Shown here: one piece after another, positions 53,451-64,000 of the stretch | How positions within the stretch are numbered: position 1 is the first letter of the stretch | Layout of the letters: each line of letters starts with the position of its first letter | Source: Lingula anatina | Lineage: Eukaryota > Animalia > Brachiopoda | NCBI GenBank assembly: GCA_051362555.1 | Contig: CM120645.1 | Coordinates: 12,028,001-12,092,000 of the forward strand | Reading direction: 5' to 3' | DNA length: 64,000 bases | Notes under the pieces: model-generated | What the model was told of the DNA's origin: nothing | The model's database searches: none | The model's input: only the letters and a program-made list of their open reading frames with translations | Made by a program: the position numbers and the translations under genes

Positions 53451-55807
53451 GAAGTTCATTATAATATTCAGAGGCTAGATGATAGTTTTATGGTACATGT
53501 TTATATATATTTTTTCAACCTTTCAGGAGCCTGCACTGAAAGCACCCAAGGAGGATAGTGTACCAGCTGTAAGTATATGTCAGTTTTTTTTTAGAAAATT
53601 GGACTTGTGAAATCAAAGTATTATTGTGCTGATACAATTAAACAGTAGTAAAAAAAAAAACACCTTGAAAATCCATTATAATGATGAATTGTGTTTTAGG
53701 GCTTAGAAATGACAGTTGAAAGTGTGGGCAACAGTCCTGTTGCTGAGAAACGAGGAAGGGGCAGGCCACGGCTACCAGATTCTGAGAAAAAAACAAAGGT
53801 AAGCTATAAAAGAACATCATAAATGCCTCATGTTTCTAAATTTTTAGAATATCATATCAGAGTACACAATATTTGTAAGCTATCTCGTCTCTGTGCATAT
53901 CTCATTAAATTTTCCAATGTCTTTTCTTGTATGGAATAAAACTGTTGGGTAGCTTGCTTTTCACTTTTGTGTGCAATTCAACAGGACTGTTGTAATTTTA
54001 AGAATTATTGACTTAAAAAAATACAGCTTCAGTAAAACTCACAATTACTACTATTAAAGAATGGAGTCATTGTAGTTTGATTTGTAATGGTATATTGTTG
54101 ACTATAATTGTAGCCTTATGTATCCAGTGGAAGACCTAGAGGACGACCAAGAATCCATACAAAGGTAACATTTTCCAAAGGCACATATGTTTCTTTTTTC
54201 CAAAATGAACAGACAAGGAATGAGATAATTTTCCATTAGTTTAAGGCAAAAGGGAGCATAAATAATAAGCAGTCACTGTAAAAAAATCTTACTATTCTCT
54301 CTTGGTTTTATTTTTTCTTCATATTTACTTTGTTTTGTACTCTGCCCCTTCCCATGAGGGTAAGGTGTCTCCTTTTTATTTTCCTTGAGCCATGAAAAAA
54401 AGAAAAAAATATTGAAACTATGGTGAAAAGTTAGCTTATATTTAGATGGTACCCTTACGTATATCAAAGCAGTTCCTGCCACTCTTTATAATTTTAATGT
54501 TTAATTGTCTGATGTCTCTCTTGTATATTAACAGAGTGATAAACCAAAAGGTCCCAGAGGTCGGCCTAAAAAGAATCCAGAAGCTGTAAGTATTTCAGAG
54601 ACCATTCCCAGACCTTATCATACTAACTTTGGATGGAACTTTCTCCAAGGGGATTCTCGCTTAATTGCAATTAACTTAAGCGTCTTAGATCGCATTCACA
54701 ACGAGTTGAGCCATGGCTTTACAAATCCTGGAACTAAATATGGCGGACGTACATGAAAGGAAAACCGCCTAATCTTTTAATAGTCCCTCTGCCTCTCACA
54801 CGCCTCCCCATGTGTCGTCCCAATAGAGCCGAGATTTAATGACTGTACCCTCGCAGGGACGACGCATGGGGAGGCGTGTGAGAGGCAGAGAGACTATTAA
54901 AAGATTAGGCGGTTTTTCTTTCATGTACGTTCGCCATATTTAGTTCCAGGATTTGTAAAGCCATGGCTCAACTCGTTGTGAATGCGATCTTAGAGGTCTT
55001 TCACGCCTACTGAAGCTGATGGGGGATAATTAACTATCGTTCAGCAGCTTTAGTAAATGTCCCAGACATCTAAGCCACTAAAGCTGAAAACAATTTAGCA
55101 AGAAACCCCATGGAGATGGACTGATCCTGTTAGAGCGCATTCTCAACGAATTAAGCCAGGCTTTACAAAGCCGGTGACCTAAAAATGGCGGACGTACATG
55201 AAAGAAAAACCGCCTAATCTTTTAATAGTCTCTCCGCCTCTCACACGCCTCCCCACACGTCGTCCCTGCGGGGTACAGTAATTAAATCTCGGCTCCGAAC
55301 ATTAATATTTCCGTGAATATCTCTGTTGATATTATCTCCGTAGATAGTCGATTCATTGCTGCTCTACGGGCCAAATTATTCCTTTTTCGTCTCTGTTTTC
55401 AAAGATAATAGAACAGAAGAGCTTTTTTCCTTCGATCGCCTTCAGCCGCCATGGTTTCTTCACCACGAGTATAACTGATGAGCATGCGCACTTAATATTT
55501 CTCAGGTAGCTTCCGCATGGCGAACGGAGCCGAGATTTAATTACTGTACCCCGCAGGGACGACGTGTGGGGAGGCGGAGAGACTATTAAAAGATTAGGCG
55601 GTTTTTCTTTCATGTACGTCCACCATTTTTAGGTCACCGGCTTTGTAAAGCCTGGCTTAACTCGTTGAGAATGCGCTCTTAGATCTATCTAGGTATGGGA
55701 ACCCAGTCTCAGGGTAGCCTGCTCAATGTGACCATGTCAATGGAATAGTATACTGTAAACTTGATTAAGGAGGTTCAAAGTCCCTTTGACATGGTAAAGG
55801 CTATTTA

Positions 55808-55858
<51 letters not shown>

Positions 55859-58800
55859 TATATATATATATATATGTGAGAAATTAAGGCTGGACCGTCT
55901 GCCCGGGGCTGACAACTTTTAGAAAAGTCAAATTGACAGACAGTCAAATTGCAGACTTGAAAAGCTACTTTTCAAGATGGCTGGACTTTTGGTCCAGCAA
56001 CTAATTGTACCACCAGCGTTAGCGCTGGCGGTACACATGGTTTCGGTCCCGTCCGGATCGTTCCGCCGGCTCCGCCGGACGGCTACCTTTACCGCTTCTC
56101 CTCCTAGACGGTAAGGGCCCCCGTACCCATCTCATGGATTTAGGTCACCTATAATCTCAACTCGTTCCACGTAAAATTTGGGCTTTGTCGGTATTGGGGT
56201 CTGGGTGTGGCACTCATTGCAATGCACCCTTGTCTAAAAATGGCAAAATTAAATGCTAATTATCTACCCTACGGAAGGAGTTATGGGAAAAATTTCTATA
56301 GACGGCTTTCCAAAAGTCATATGTGTAGATTTCAAATATACCCTTGGATTTGACCTTTGACCTCTACTTCAAGGTCAAATGGGCCAAAATTTTCAAAAAA
56401 ATGAAATTTTTTACGAAAAAATTTTTTTTTGCCCTGTTATTCAGACACCACACAGACTTAACCAATAATATTATTGGAAAGTGTTACCCTTCAGGTCATC
56501 TTTCATCTCCATGAATTTGGGGTCAATCGGTGCATTTTCATGGGAGTAGCGGCCATAAGATACCGAAACTGAAAACTGTCTCTAATTTGGGAACCGTTTC
56601 TGTACGAAATTTAAGGCACATTATGGTAACTCCAAAATAATAACATCTAGTCCCTTATATCTCCAAAACTGGCAGAGATAGGTCCATAGTTACTATTGAA
56701 GTTGAATAGGAAGTCATATACTGGCAATCTTACTATGACCTTGAAATTGACCTTTGACCTACTTTTCACCATGAACTGAACTTTGCAAATTTTTCTTCCC
56801 TTTTATCTCCAAAACTGGCAGAGATAGGTCCATAGTTACTATTGAACTTGAATAGGAAGTCATATACTGGCAATCTAAATGTGACCTTAAAATTGACCTT
56901 TGACCTACTTTACACCATGAACTGAATTTTGCAAATTTTGCTTTCCTTTTATCTCCAAAACTGGCAGAGATAGGTCCGTAGTTACTATTGAACTTGAATA
57001 GGAAGTCATATACTGGCAATCTATAAGTGACATTAAAATTGACCTTTGACCTACTTTTCACCATGAACTGAATTTTGCAAATTTTGCTTTCCTTTTATCT
57101 CCAAAACTGGCTGAGATAGGTCCGTAGTTACTATTGAATTGAATAGAAAGTCATATACTGGCAATCTAAATGTGACCTTAAAATTGACCTTTGACCTACT
57201 TTTCACCATGAACTGAATTTTGCAAATTTTGCTTTCCTTTTATCTCCAAAACTGGCTGAGATAGGTCCATAGTTACTATTGAACTTGAATAGGAAGTCAT
57301 ATACTGGCAATCTAAATGTGACCTTAAAATTGACCTTTGACCTACTTTTCACCATAAACTGAACTTTGCAAATTTTGCTTCCCTTTTATCTCCAAAACTG
57401 GCAGAGATAGGTCCATAGTTACTATTGAACTTGAATAGGAAGTCATATACTGGCAACCTAAATGTGACCTTGAAATTGACCTTTGACCTACTTTTCACCA
57501 TGAACTGAACTTTGCAAACTTTTCTGCCCTTTTATCTCCAAAACTGGCAGAGATAGGTCCATAGTTACTATTGAACTTGAAAAGGAAGTCATATACTGGC
57601 AATCTAAATGTGACCTTAAAATTGACCTTTGACCTACTTTACACCATGAACTGAATTTTGCAAATTTTGCTTCCCTTTTATCTCCAAAACTGGCTGAGAT
57701 AGGTCTATAGTTACTATTGAAGTTGAATAGGAAGTCATATACTGGCAATCTAAATGTGACCTTGAAATTGACCTTTGACCTTCTTTTCACCATGAACTGA
57801 ACTTTGCTAACTTTTCTGCCCTTTTATCTCCAAAACTGGCAGAGATAGGTCAATAGTTACTATTGAACTTGAAAAGGAAGTTATATACTGGCAATCTAAA
57901 TGTGACCTTAAAATTGACCTTTGACCTACTTTACACCATGAACTGAATTTTGCAAATTTTGCTTCCCTTTTATCTCCAAAACTGGCTGAGATAGGTCTAT
58001 AGTTACTATTGAACTTGAAAAAGAAGTCATATACTGCAATCTAAATGTGACCTTAAAATTGACCTTTGACCTACTTTACACCATGAACTGAATTTTGCAA
58101 ATTTTGCTTTCTTTTTTTCTCCAAAACTGGCTGAGATAGGTCCGTAGTTACTATTGAACTTGAATAGGAAGTCATATACTGGCATTATAAATGTGACATT
58201 AAAATTGACCTTTGTCCTACTTTTCACCATAAACTGAACTTTGCAAATTTTGCTTCCCTTTTATCTCCAAAACTGGCAGAGATAGGTCCATAGTTACTAT
58301 TGAACTTGAATAGAAAGTCATATACTGGCAATCTAAATGTGACCTTGAAATTGACCTTTGACCTACTTTTCACCATGAACTGAATTTTGCAAATTTTGCT
58401 TCCCTTTTATCTCCAAAACTGGCTGAGATAGGTCCATAGTTACTATTGAAGTTGAATAGGAAGTCCTATACTGGCAATCTAAGTGTGACCTTGAAATTGA
58501 CCTTTGACCTACTTTTTATCATGAACTGAACTCTGCTAATTTCTTTCTCTTTTAACTTCAAACTTGACAGAGATAGGTCCATATTTACTCTTGAACTTGA
58601 ATAGGAAGTCATATACTGGCAATTTACTGTGACCTTGAAATTGACCCTTGACCTACCTTACGAAGAACTTAAATTTGATTGTACCATATATATTTTTTGC
58701 AATAGTTAAAAAATTCTTGTTGATTGCATTTTTACAGCTTGTCAAGCACAAAACTGGTGGCTGTGTCCCTTATTTTGTGTATGTGGGGGTCTATACGAAT

Positions 58801-58880
58801 GCGTTTGCTCCAGCTGGTGGTACAATATTTGGAGGCGGTATCGCCTCTCTGATCCTCTAGTTTTCCCAAGAGGCAAACAC

Positions 58881-58923
<43 letters not shown>

Positions 58924-61900
58924 TTTTCTGTGAATTCACGAAAATATTGGCATTATTATGAATTTACTAGTTGTTAAATAATTCCACATGATTTCCTGTC
59001 AATGTTCCTTCTTTTGAAATACTGCAATTTGTATTTTATTTGTTACAGCCTTCTAAAAAAGATGAATTAGCAGATGATGTGGCAGCAGTAAAAGCAGCAT
59101 CGGTAGGTGTCAAAAATATTTCAATAATATTGTTTTAAATCTGCTAGTACATGTCATGATCTCTTAATGTTCAGTCCTACATGCTATAGGGCACTTAAAT
59201 ATTATTTTCATGGTAGTTTATCCAGAAGTTTACTTCAGAATCTTTCTAATTACATTTCATGGAGTGGGAGACTTTTCATTTTACACTAACATGTTATAAA
59301 TACAGGTTTTAAAAAAAACATCTCATTGTTAATATTGTACACTTTCCTTCTACAAAAGACATGTTAGACATTCTAAGAAGTGCTGTTAGGGTAGCATATG
59401 TGAAGTTATATATTTTAGACAGTTTAGTCCATGGTTCTGCTGGTTTCACATAGGAATTGATTTTTTTCCACTACGCCATTTTTGGTTTAAAGAAACCTGT
59501 ATATTGTGTAGCGGCAAGGGGGTTGGGGGGGGGGTGAACCCCTTTTGCGGCAAGGGGGTTAGGGGGGGGTGAACCCCTTTTTGGAAGGTAAAAGGTCAGC
59601 TGTTGATAAAAATTGATCAAGGTACATTAAGGTTTCATGGTAAAAGGTCTACTTTTACAGAAAAATATCTCCTTTTGAAACTTCTTGCTACAAGCCTGCT
59701 GTGCTACGTATGGTTTTTGTTTGAAATGTCTCAAGTCACTTACATGTTGCCAGGTGATGTTTAGTTATTATTAAAACTACTATATGCTAAGCTATTCAAT
59801 AGATAATTCAGGTATGCAGGATTGTGATGGTGAGAGTATTCACAGTTGTATATTTGTCTAGGAAGTATCTATTTAGTTATCATGTCAGGCAGACATTTTC
59901 AACGTCAAAACATTTCTTCAGAGGCAGTTAAGAAGTCTAGGATAATTCCTGCATGTATGTCAATGAGCTTCAAGGTGATGAAAGGTTTTTGAGAATTATA
60001 CCATTGGCAAGTAGATAAAATCAGTTAATATGTAGTTTCAATCCTGGTGGTAGTTGATTTTAGAAAGTTATTAAGTATAGGGTCTTATTGTGTTGTCAAG
60101 TTAGTAATTCACCTCAGCTCATTTATAATAAGTTGTGATAAAAAGCTTTAAGGATCCTTTAGCAAGGGCCTAATAGCCTGTTTTCTCCTCTCATCCCTAG
60201 GTTTGGGATTGTGTGGCAGGCAAGCTTTCTCCTCTGGGTGGTGGGACGACCAGGCCTGGAGAACTTGACCAGCCGGGGTCATCCCAGTCCCCAGATAACT
60301 ATCCCTTAACCAAGATGGGTGAAGCATCATCTTCTGAATCTAATCTTAGCTCTACAGCACCATGTCGTGGAGAAGTTCACAATTATCAGCTTACTAGGTT
60401 TGAAGAAGAGTCAAATGATAAAATTGGGGAAGTGGTGTCATCATCTCCTGAGAAAGATTCGAGGAACTTAAAAACCGATTCATTGGCGTCCCTGACTGGT
60501 TCCTCAGAGGAGTCAGTTACCGTGAAAAGAAAGCGTGGAAGGCCCTCAAAAAGCAGTGCTGCTCCACTGAAAAGTTTATATGATAGCAAATCCTTAACAT
60601 TTTTTGAATCAATATCTCAATTATCAACTCAAAGTGATAAGGCTAGGGCATACATTGGGCCAGGATTGAAAAGTGGTGTTTCAAACTCAGTGACTCAGAG
60701 TTCTGACTGTGAAATAGGTGGTGCAGAAGGTGCTGATGACACTGATCAAAGCAATTCCCAAGGAAATTTGACTGCTAAGAAACATGATCTCTTGGAACAG
60801 TCAGAAAGTATTCCAAAATTTAAGACTTCCTTTGAGGGTAGCCTTGCTGATGAACAAAGTGTGTTAATGGAAGACAGTGCAGTGCCACCACCACAGGCAA
60901 ACAAAACTGGGACACATTCTGAGAATATGACTAGGAATAAGACACAGCATCAGTTGGTGTCAGGGGAAACATCTAAAGAGCCAACCGAACCCTTTAGTCT
61001 TTGTCTGGAAGTGCCACCTGGAAAAAGAAAACGAGGCAGACCTCGTAAAAACACAAAGGGTAGTCCTGAGCCTGGTGGAACATTACATCCATCAAAAGTT
61101 TTTAAAAAGTTTAAAATTGCTAGTTATAAAAAGTTGGGAAGGCCCTCTAAGTCATACAAGGTTGCTTCAAAAGCCCCATTCAATCAGACAAAGGTTTTAT
61201 GTAGGTATAAGTATCAACAGTCTGGTTCTAAGCAGTTGGGTCTGGGTAGTCCTAAGAGGAAGGTAGGGAGACCACGTAAGAACGTGATACCAAGAGAATT
61301 AGGTGAAATGGCCAAAAATGATGCAGTCAAGTCTCAAGATAATGAAACTGCGGCAGTGAGTGCTAATTCTGCTGAAGAAAGTTTTACACTAGGTAGAAGA
61401 TATCAAAGTGAATCTCATCTGGGTTATGTTGATCAAGGTGTGATGCATTGTGAATCTGGCAAAGGCAATAACCAGGAGGATGATTCTCCAGATAAGAGCT
61501 CTACCAGCTCTGGTACAGCTGCTAGTAGAGAATCTCGGTCAAGTGTGCCAGAAATGATTAATGAAGAGCAGGTGGTTGAAGAATGCTCTGTTCAGGAATC
61601 TAGTGTTCCTGATATTGATTCAACAAAATTACAAGAAAATCCTTTTTCATATTCTGATAAACAAGACGAGGTCAGTGACCCACCCCATATGTCATCATCA
61701 GAAAAATTAGGCACACAACAAATGAAAATAAAAAAGAGAGGGCGACCACCCAAGAAACGCATTGAAAATTCACTGGTGAGAAGTAATGTGACATTACCAG
61801 AAAGAACTGAGAGTTCACATTATTTCGGTACCAAGGTGCTAAACATTGATCAGGGTAAAACTCGTAGAAAAGTGGGAAGACCCAGAAAAAATCCAAGAAT

Positions 61901-63697
61901 CATAGATCCATCCAGAGAAATTTTTAAGAATCCTGCAATTGCTTCATACAAAAACAAAGTCAGAAAAGCAAGTAAGAAGCTCCTTTATGGAGATCACTAT
62001 AAAGATAAGCTACATAAAAAGAAGAAGGTTGACTGCCTCAAAAAAGCACTAGTCACTCATGATTATGCCAAAGAAAAAGTCCATGACACAGGTTTGTTAA
62101 AAAGAAAAGTTGGAAGACCTCGTAAAGCTCTAGTCTGCCATGACCATGACTATGGAACAGTCCAGGGCAAAGAACATTTGACCAAAATAAAAATAAGTGG
62201 GAGACCTCATAAAGAACTAGTCACACATAACTATGAAATTGCCCAAGGCAAGATGAGTTCAATGAAAAGAAAAGTTGGGAGACCTCGTAAAAAACTAGTC
62301 AAACTTAGTGAATCAAGTTCAACAAAAAGGAAAGTTGAAAGGCCACATAAGGAAGAAGTCACTCATAGCTATGAAGTGGTCCAAGGCAAAATGGGTTTAA
62401 CAAAAAGAAAAGTAGGAAGACCACGTAAGGAAGAAAATAGACACAACTATGAAATGGCCCAAAGCACATTTAATTTTAAGAGACATAGGAATGTTGAAAG
62501 ACCACATAAAAATAAAGATGGTAGGGCTTTTAAGAAAAAGTTTAACCAGCATAAAACCAGTTCAAAAGTTTTTCACAAAAGAAGGCAAAGTAAGAGACAT
62601 TTAAACCATTACACTGAGGAAGATGTTGTCTCCAGGCCAGGAACTTTTTTGGAGATGCCTTCAGAGTCTGATGAGAAGGTCCCTCAGGTACTTAATTCCT
62701 CAGGATTATCACTACCTGACATTTTACAAAAAGGTCCTATCAGGGGCAGCTTAAAGTCTGTAGCCGACTTTAGTCCAAAAAAGACAGAAAAACGCACAGG
62801 TCTGGGTAAATCTTTGCCATCTCTTGACTCTGGTCCTGGGGCATCTACAGAACCAGTACCACAAATATTGAATGAGGTTAATGATAACGAAACCAGTGTG
62901 GAAGACATGTCACTGCCTCTGCCAGTTGGTCCGTCTGCATTCATCAGTGCTGGCGGTGTTACGGGCCTCGGTATCAACATCAATACTGATACCTCGGTTC
63001 GTGCATGTGACGATGGCCCTCCTGCTGTAAGGCCTAATGGGGATTGTATCGAAATTCGGGTTCTGTCTCATAAGGGTGCTGTCACACAACATCTGTATTC
63101 TATTTATTTTGAACCCCAGGCAAAAAAAGAAGAAAGCAGCTCAGGAACTCCCAAACGTGGCCGAGGACGTCCCAAAGGCACCAAAAAGAAGGGTCCAATT
63201 AAGTTGAAAGTGAGTTTAACGTATATTTGGAAAAAATGAGTTGTATAGGATGTGTTGAAAGTAATCAAGATCTAGGCCCGTTTCGTTATCTCTTGTGCAC
63301 ACATGCATGCACACACAGATACATGCTGAAAATGATGTACTAGTAATTCAATGTTACTATATGATTTAATAATAATAATTATATTTATTTTGAGTCCAAA
63401 ATCCAAATTTGTCAGTAGACTTTTCTGTACTTTTTGAAAAAGAAAATAGTAATAAGGTTTTGGCAAAGAAAAGAAAAAAGTGATTAGAAGAGAAAAATTG
63501 ATTGAAACAAATACTGTAGAAATGTGATGAAATCTTTCACTCTGTGTACATTTGTATTGTTTACATTCTCTTGTCAGATAACTTTAACTGGTCAAAAGAA
63601 AGGCAGAGGACGTCCTAGAAAGTCCGAGGCACCTGCAGAAGCCGAGGAAGAATCGGAGGAGGTGGAAGAGGAGAATGGGGCGGCGGAGTCTACCTGA
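52987..63697 (+). CDS. HMGA: HMGA/D1-like multi-AT-hook chromatin protein (exons 52987-53049, 53527-53568, 53700-53798, 54114-54164, 54535-54585, 59049-59102, [60201 or 63120]-63209, 63578-63697)
   Basis: All exons are phase 0 with canonical GT/AG. Short form of 189 aa: MSEGASPRKRGRPPK, RGRGRPR, RPRGRPR, PRGRPKK, KRGRGRPKG, KGRGRPRK, and acidic tail EAEEESEEVEEE. This is the HMGA layout of AT-hooks plus acidic C-terminus. Confidence 0.8.
53388..53447. repeat. (TA)n microsatellite
   Basis: Seen directly in the sequence. Confidence 0.9.
54688..54989. mobile_element. Tourist/PIF-Harbinger MITE with ~130-bp TIRs
   Basis: TTA TSD at 54685-54687 and 54990-54992. Ends GATCGCATTCACAACGAGTTGAGCC / GGCTCAACTCGTTGTGAATGCGATC. 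Confidence 0.85.
55133..55678. mobile_element. Same-family Tourist/PIF-Harbinger MITE with ~165-bp TIRs
   Basis: TTA TSD at 55130-55132 and 55679-55681. Ends GAGCGCATTCTCAACGA / TCGTTGAGAATGCGCTC. Shares CGTACATGAAAG.AAAACCGCCTAATCTTTTAATAGTC with the element at 54688. Confidence 0.85.
55809..55875. repeat. (TA)n microsatellite
   Basis: Seen directly in the sequence. Confidence 0.9.
56003..58860 (+). mobile_element. HINE copy B with ~14 x 146-bp tandem array (~56650-58655)
   Basis: Reverse complement of copy A. 5' AATTGTACCACCAGCGTTAGCGCTGGCGGTACA, 3' subTIR 58814-58826, hairpin 58832-58847, CTAG 58857-58860 followed by TTTT. Confidence 0.88.
60201..63209 (+). CDS. 3009-bp open exon of the AT-hook gene (long isoform; ~9 additional GRP AT-hook-like motifs)
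   Basis: Acceptor TTTTCTCCTCTCATCCCTAG|GTT is in frame with the 1008-aa ORF; donor AAA|GTGAGT at 63209. Motifs KRKRGRPSK, KRKRGRPRK, KKRGRPPK and repeated KRKVGRPRK. Confidence 0.7.
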
Positions 63698-64000
63698 AAA
63701 CCTGGACAATATACTGTAAATGCAAAGGCCCACTCACACTAGCCACCACCAGGACTGTTCTGCACGGCTGTTGTTCTTTTTTTTTTTTTTTTTTTTCTGG
63801 AGCCTATTTTAGTAATCTTCCATCATCTGACAATTTCTTGTTGCATATTTTGTTCACCGAATCTCCATTTTAGATAATATGCAACTACACCATTTATTTG
63901 CTAAACAAGTTTTTTTTCTTTTTTTTTAATGGGTCCCAGGACTTGTAGCTTCTGTTCTAATACCCGTGTGCCACTGAAACATACAGAGGCAAGATTATCA

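Noticed and set aside
56650-58655. 146-bp arrays as a CRISPR array, or the ~100-aa ORFs within them as genes
   Set aside because: There are no unique spacers or cas genes and the context is eukaryotic. The ORFs are by-products of the tandem monomer.

Overview
AT-rich, intron-rich invertebrate animal genomic DNA. A lophotrochozoan, probably a mollusc, is inferred from the gene families and repeat types. Left half: a duplicated block with two plus-strand genes (623-3524; 12198-14998, the second frameshifted) encoding a secreted mucin-repeat/somatomedin-B/Cys-rich protein with a GPI-like tail. These are interleaved with three 7-exon minus-strand 15-PGDH (HPGD)-like SDR paralogues (5841-8522, 22063-25820, 26941-29859). 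Right half: a complete multi-exon DCAF1/VprBP gene (minus, 31351-52114) with one U12-type intron, head-to-head with an HMGA/D1-like multi-AT-hook gene (plus, 52987-63697). The AT-hook gene appears able to encode a 189-aa or a ~1160-aa isoform through alternative 3' acceptors on a 3-kb exon. Two near-identical Helentron-type (HINE) elements carrying 146-bp tandem arrays lie in inverted orientation in phase-0 introns of these two genes and bracket their shared promoter. Also present: many MITEs (some nested) and a transposon graveyard at 8.8-11 kb with an OTU-protease remnant next to a pogo-type PHD tail. Exon models were read by eye from splice signals and frame. No expression data or database searches were available.
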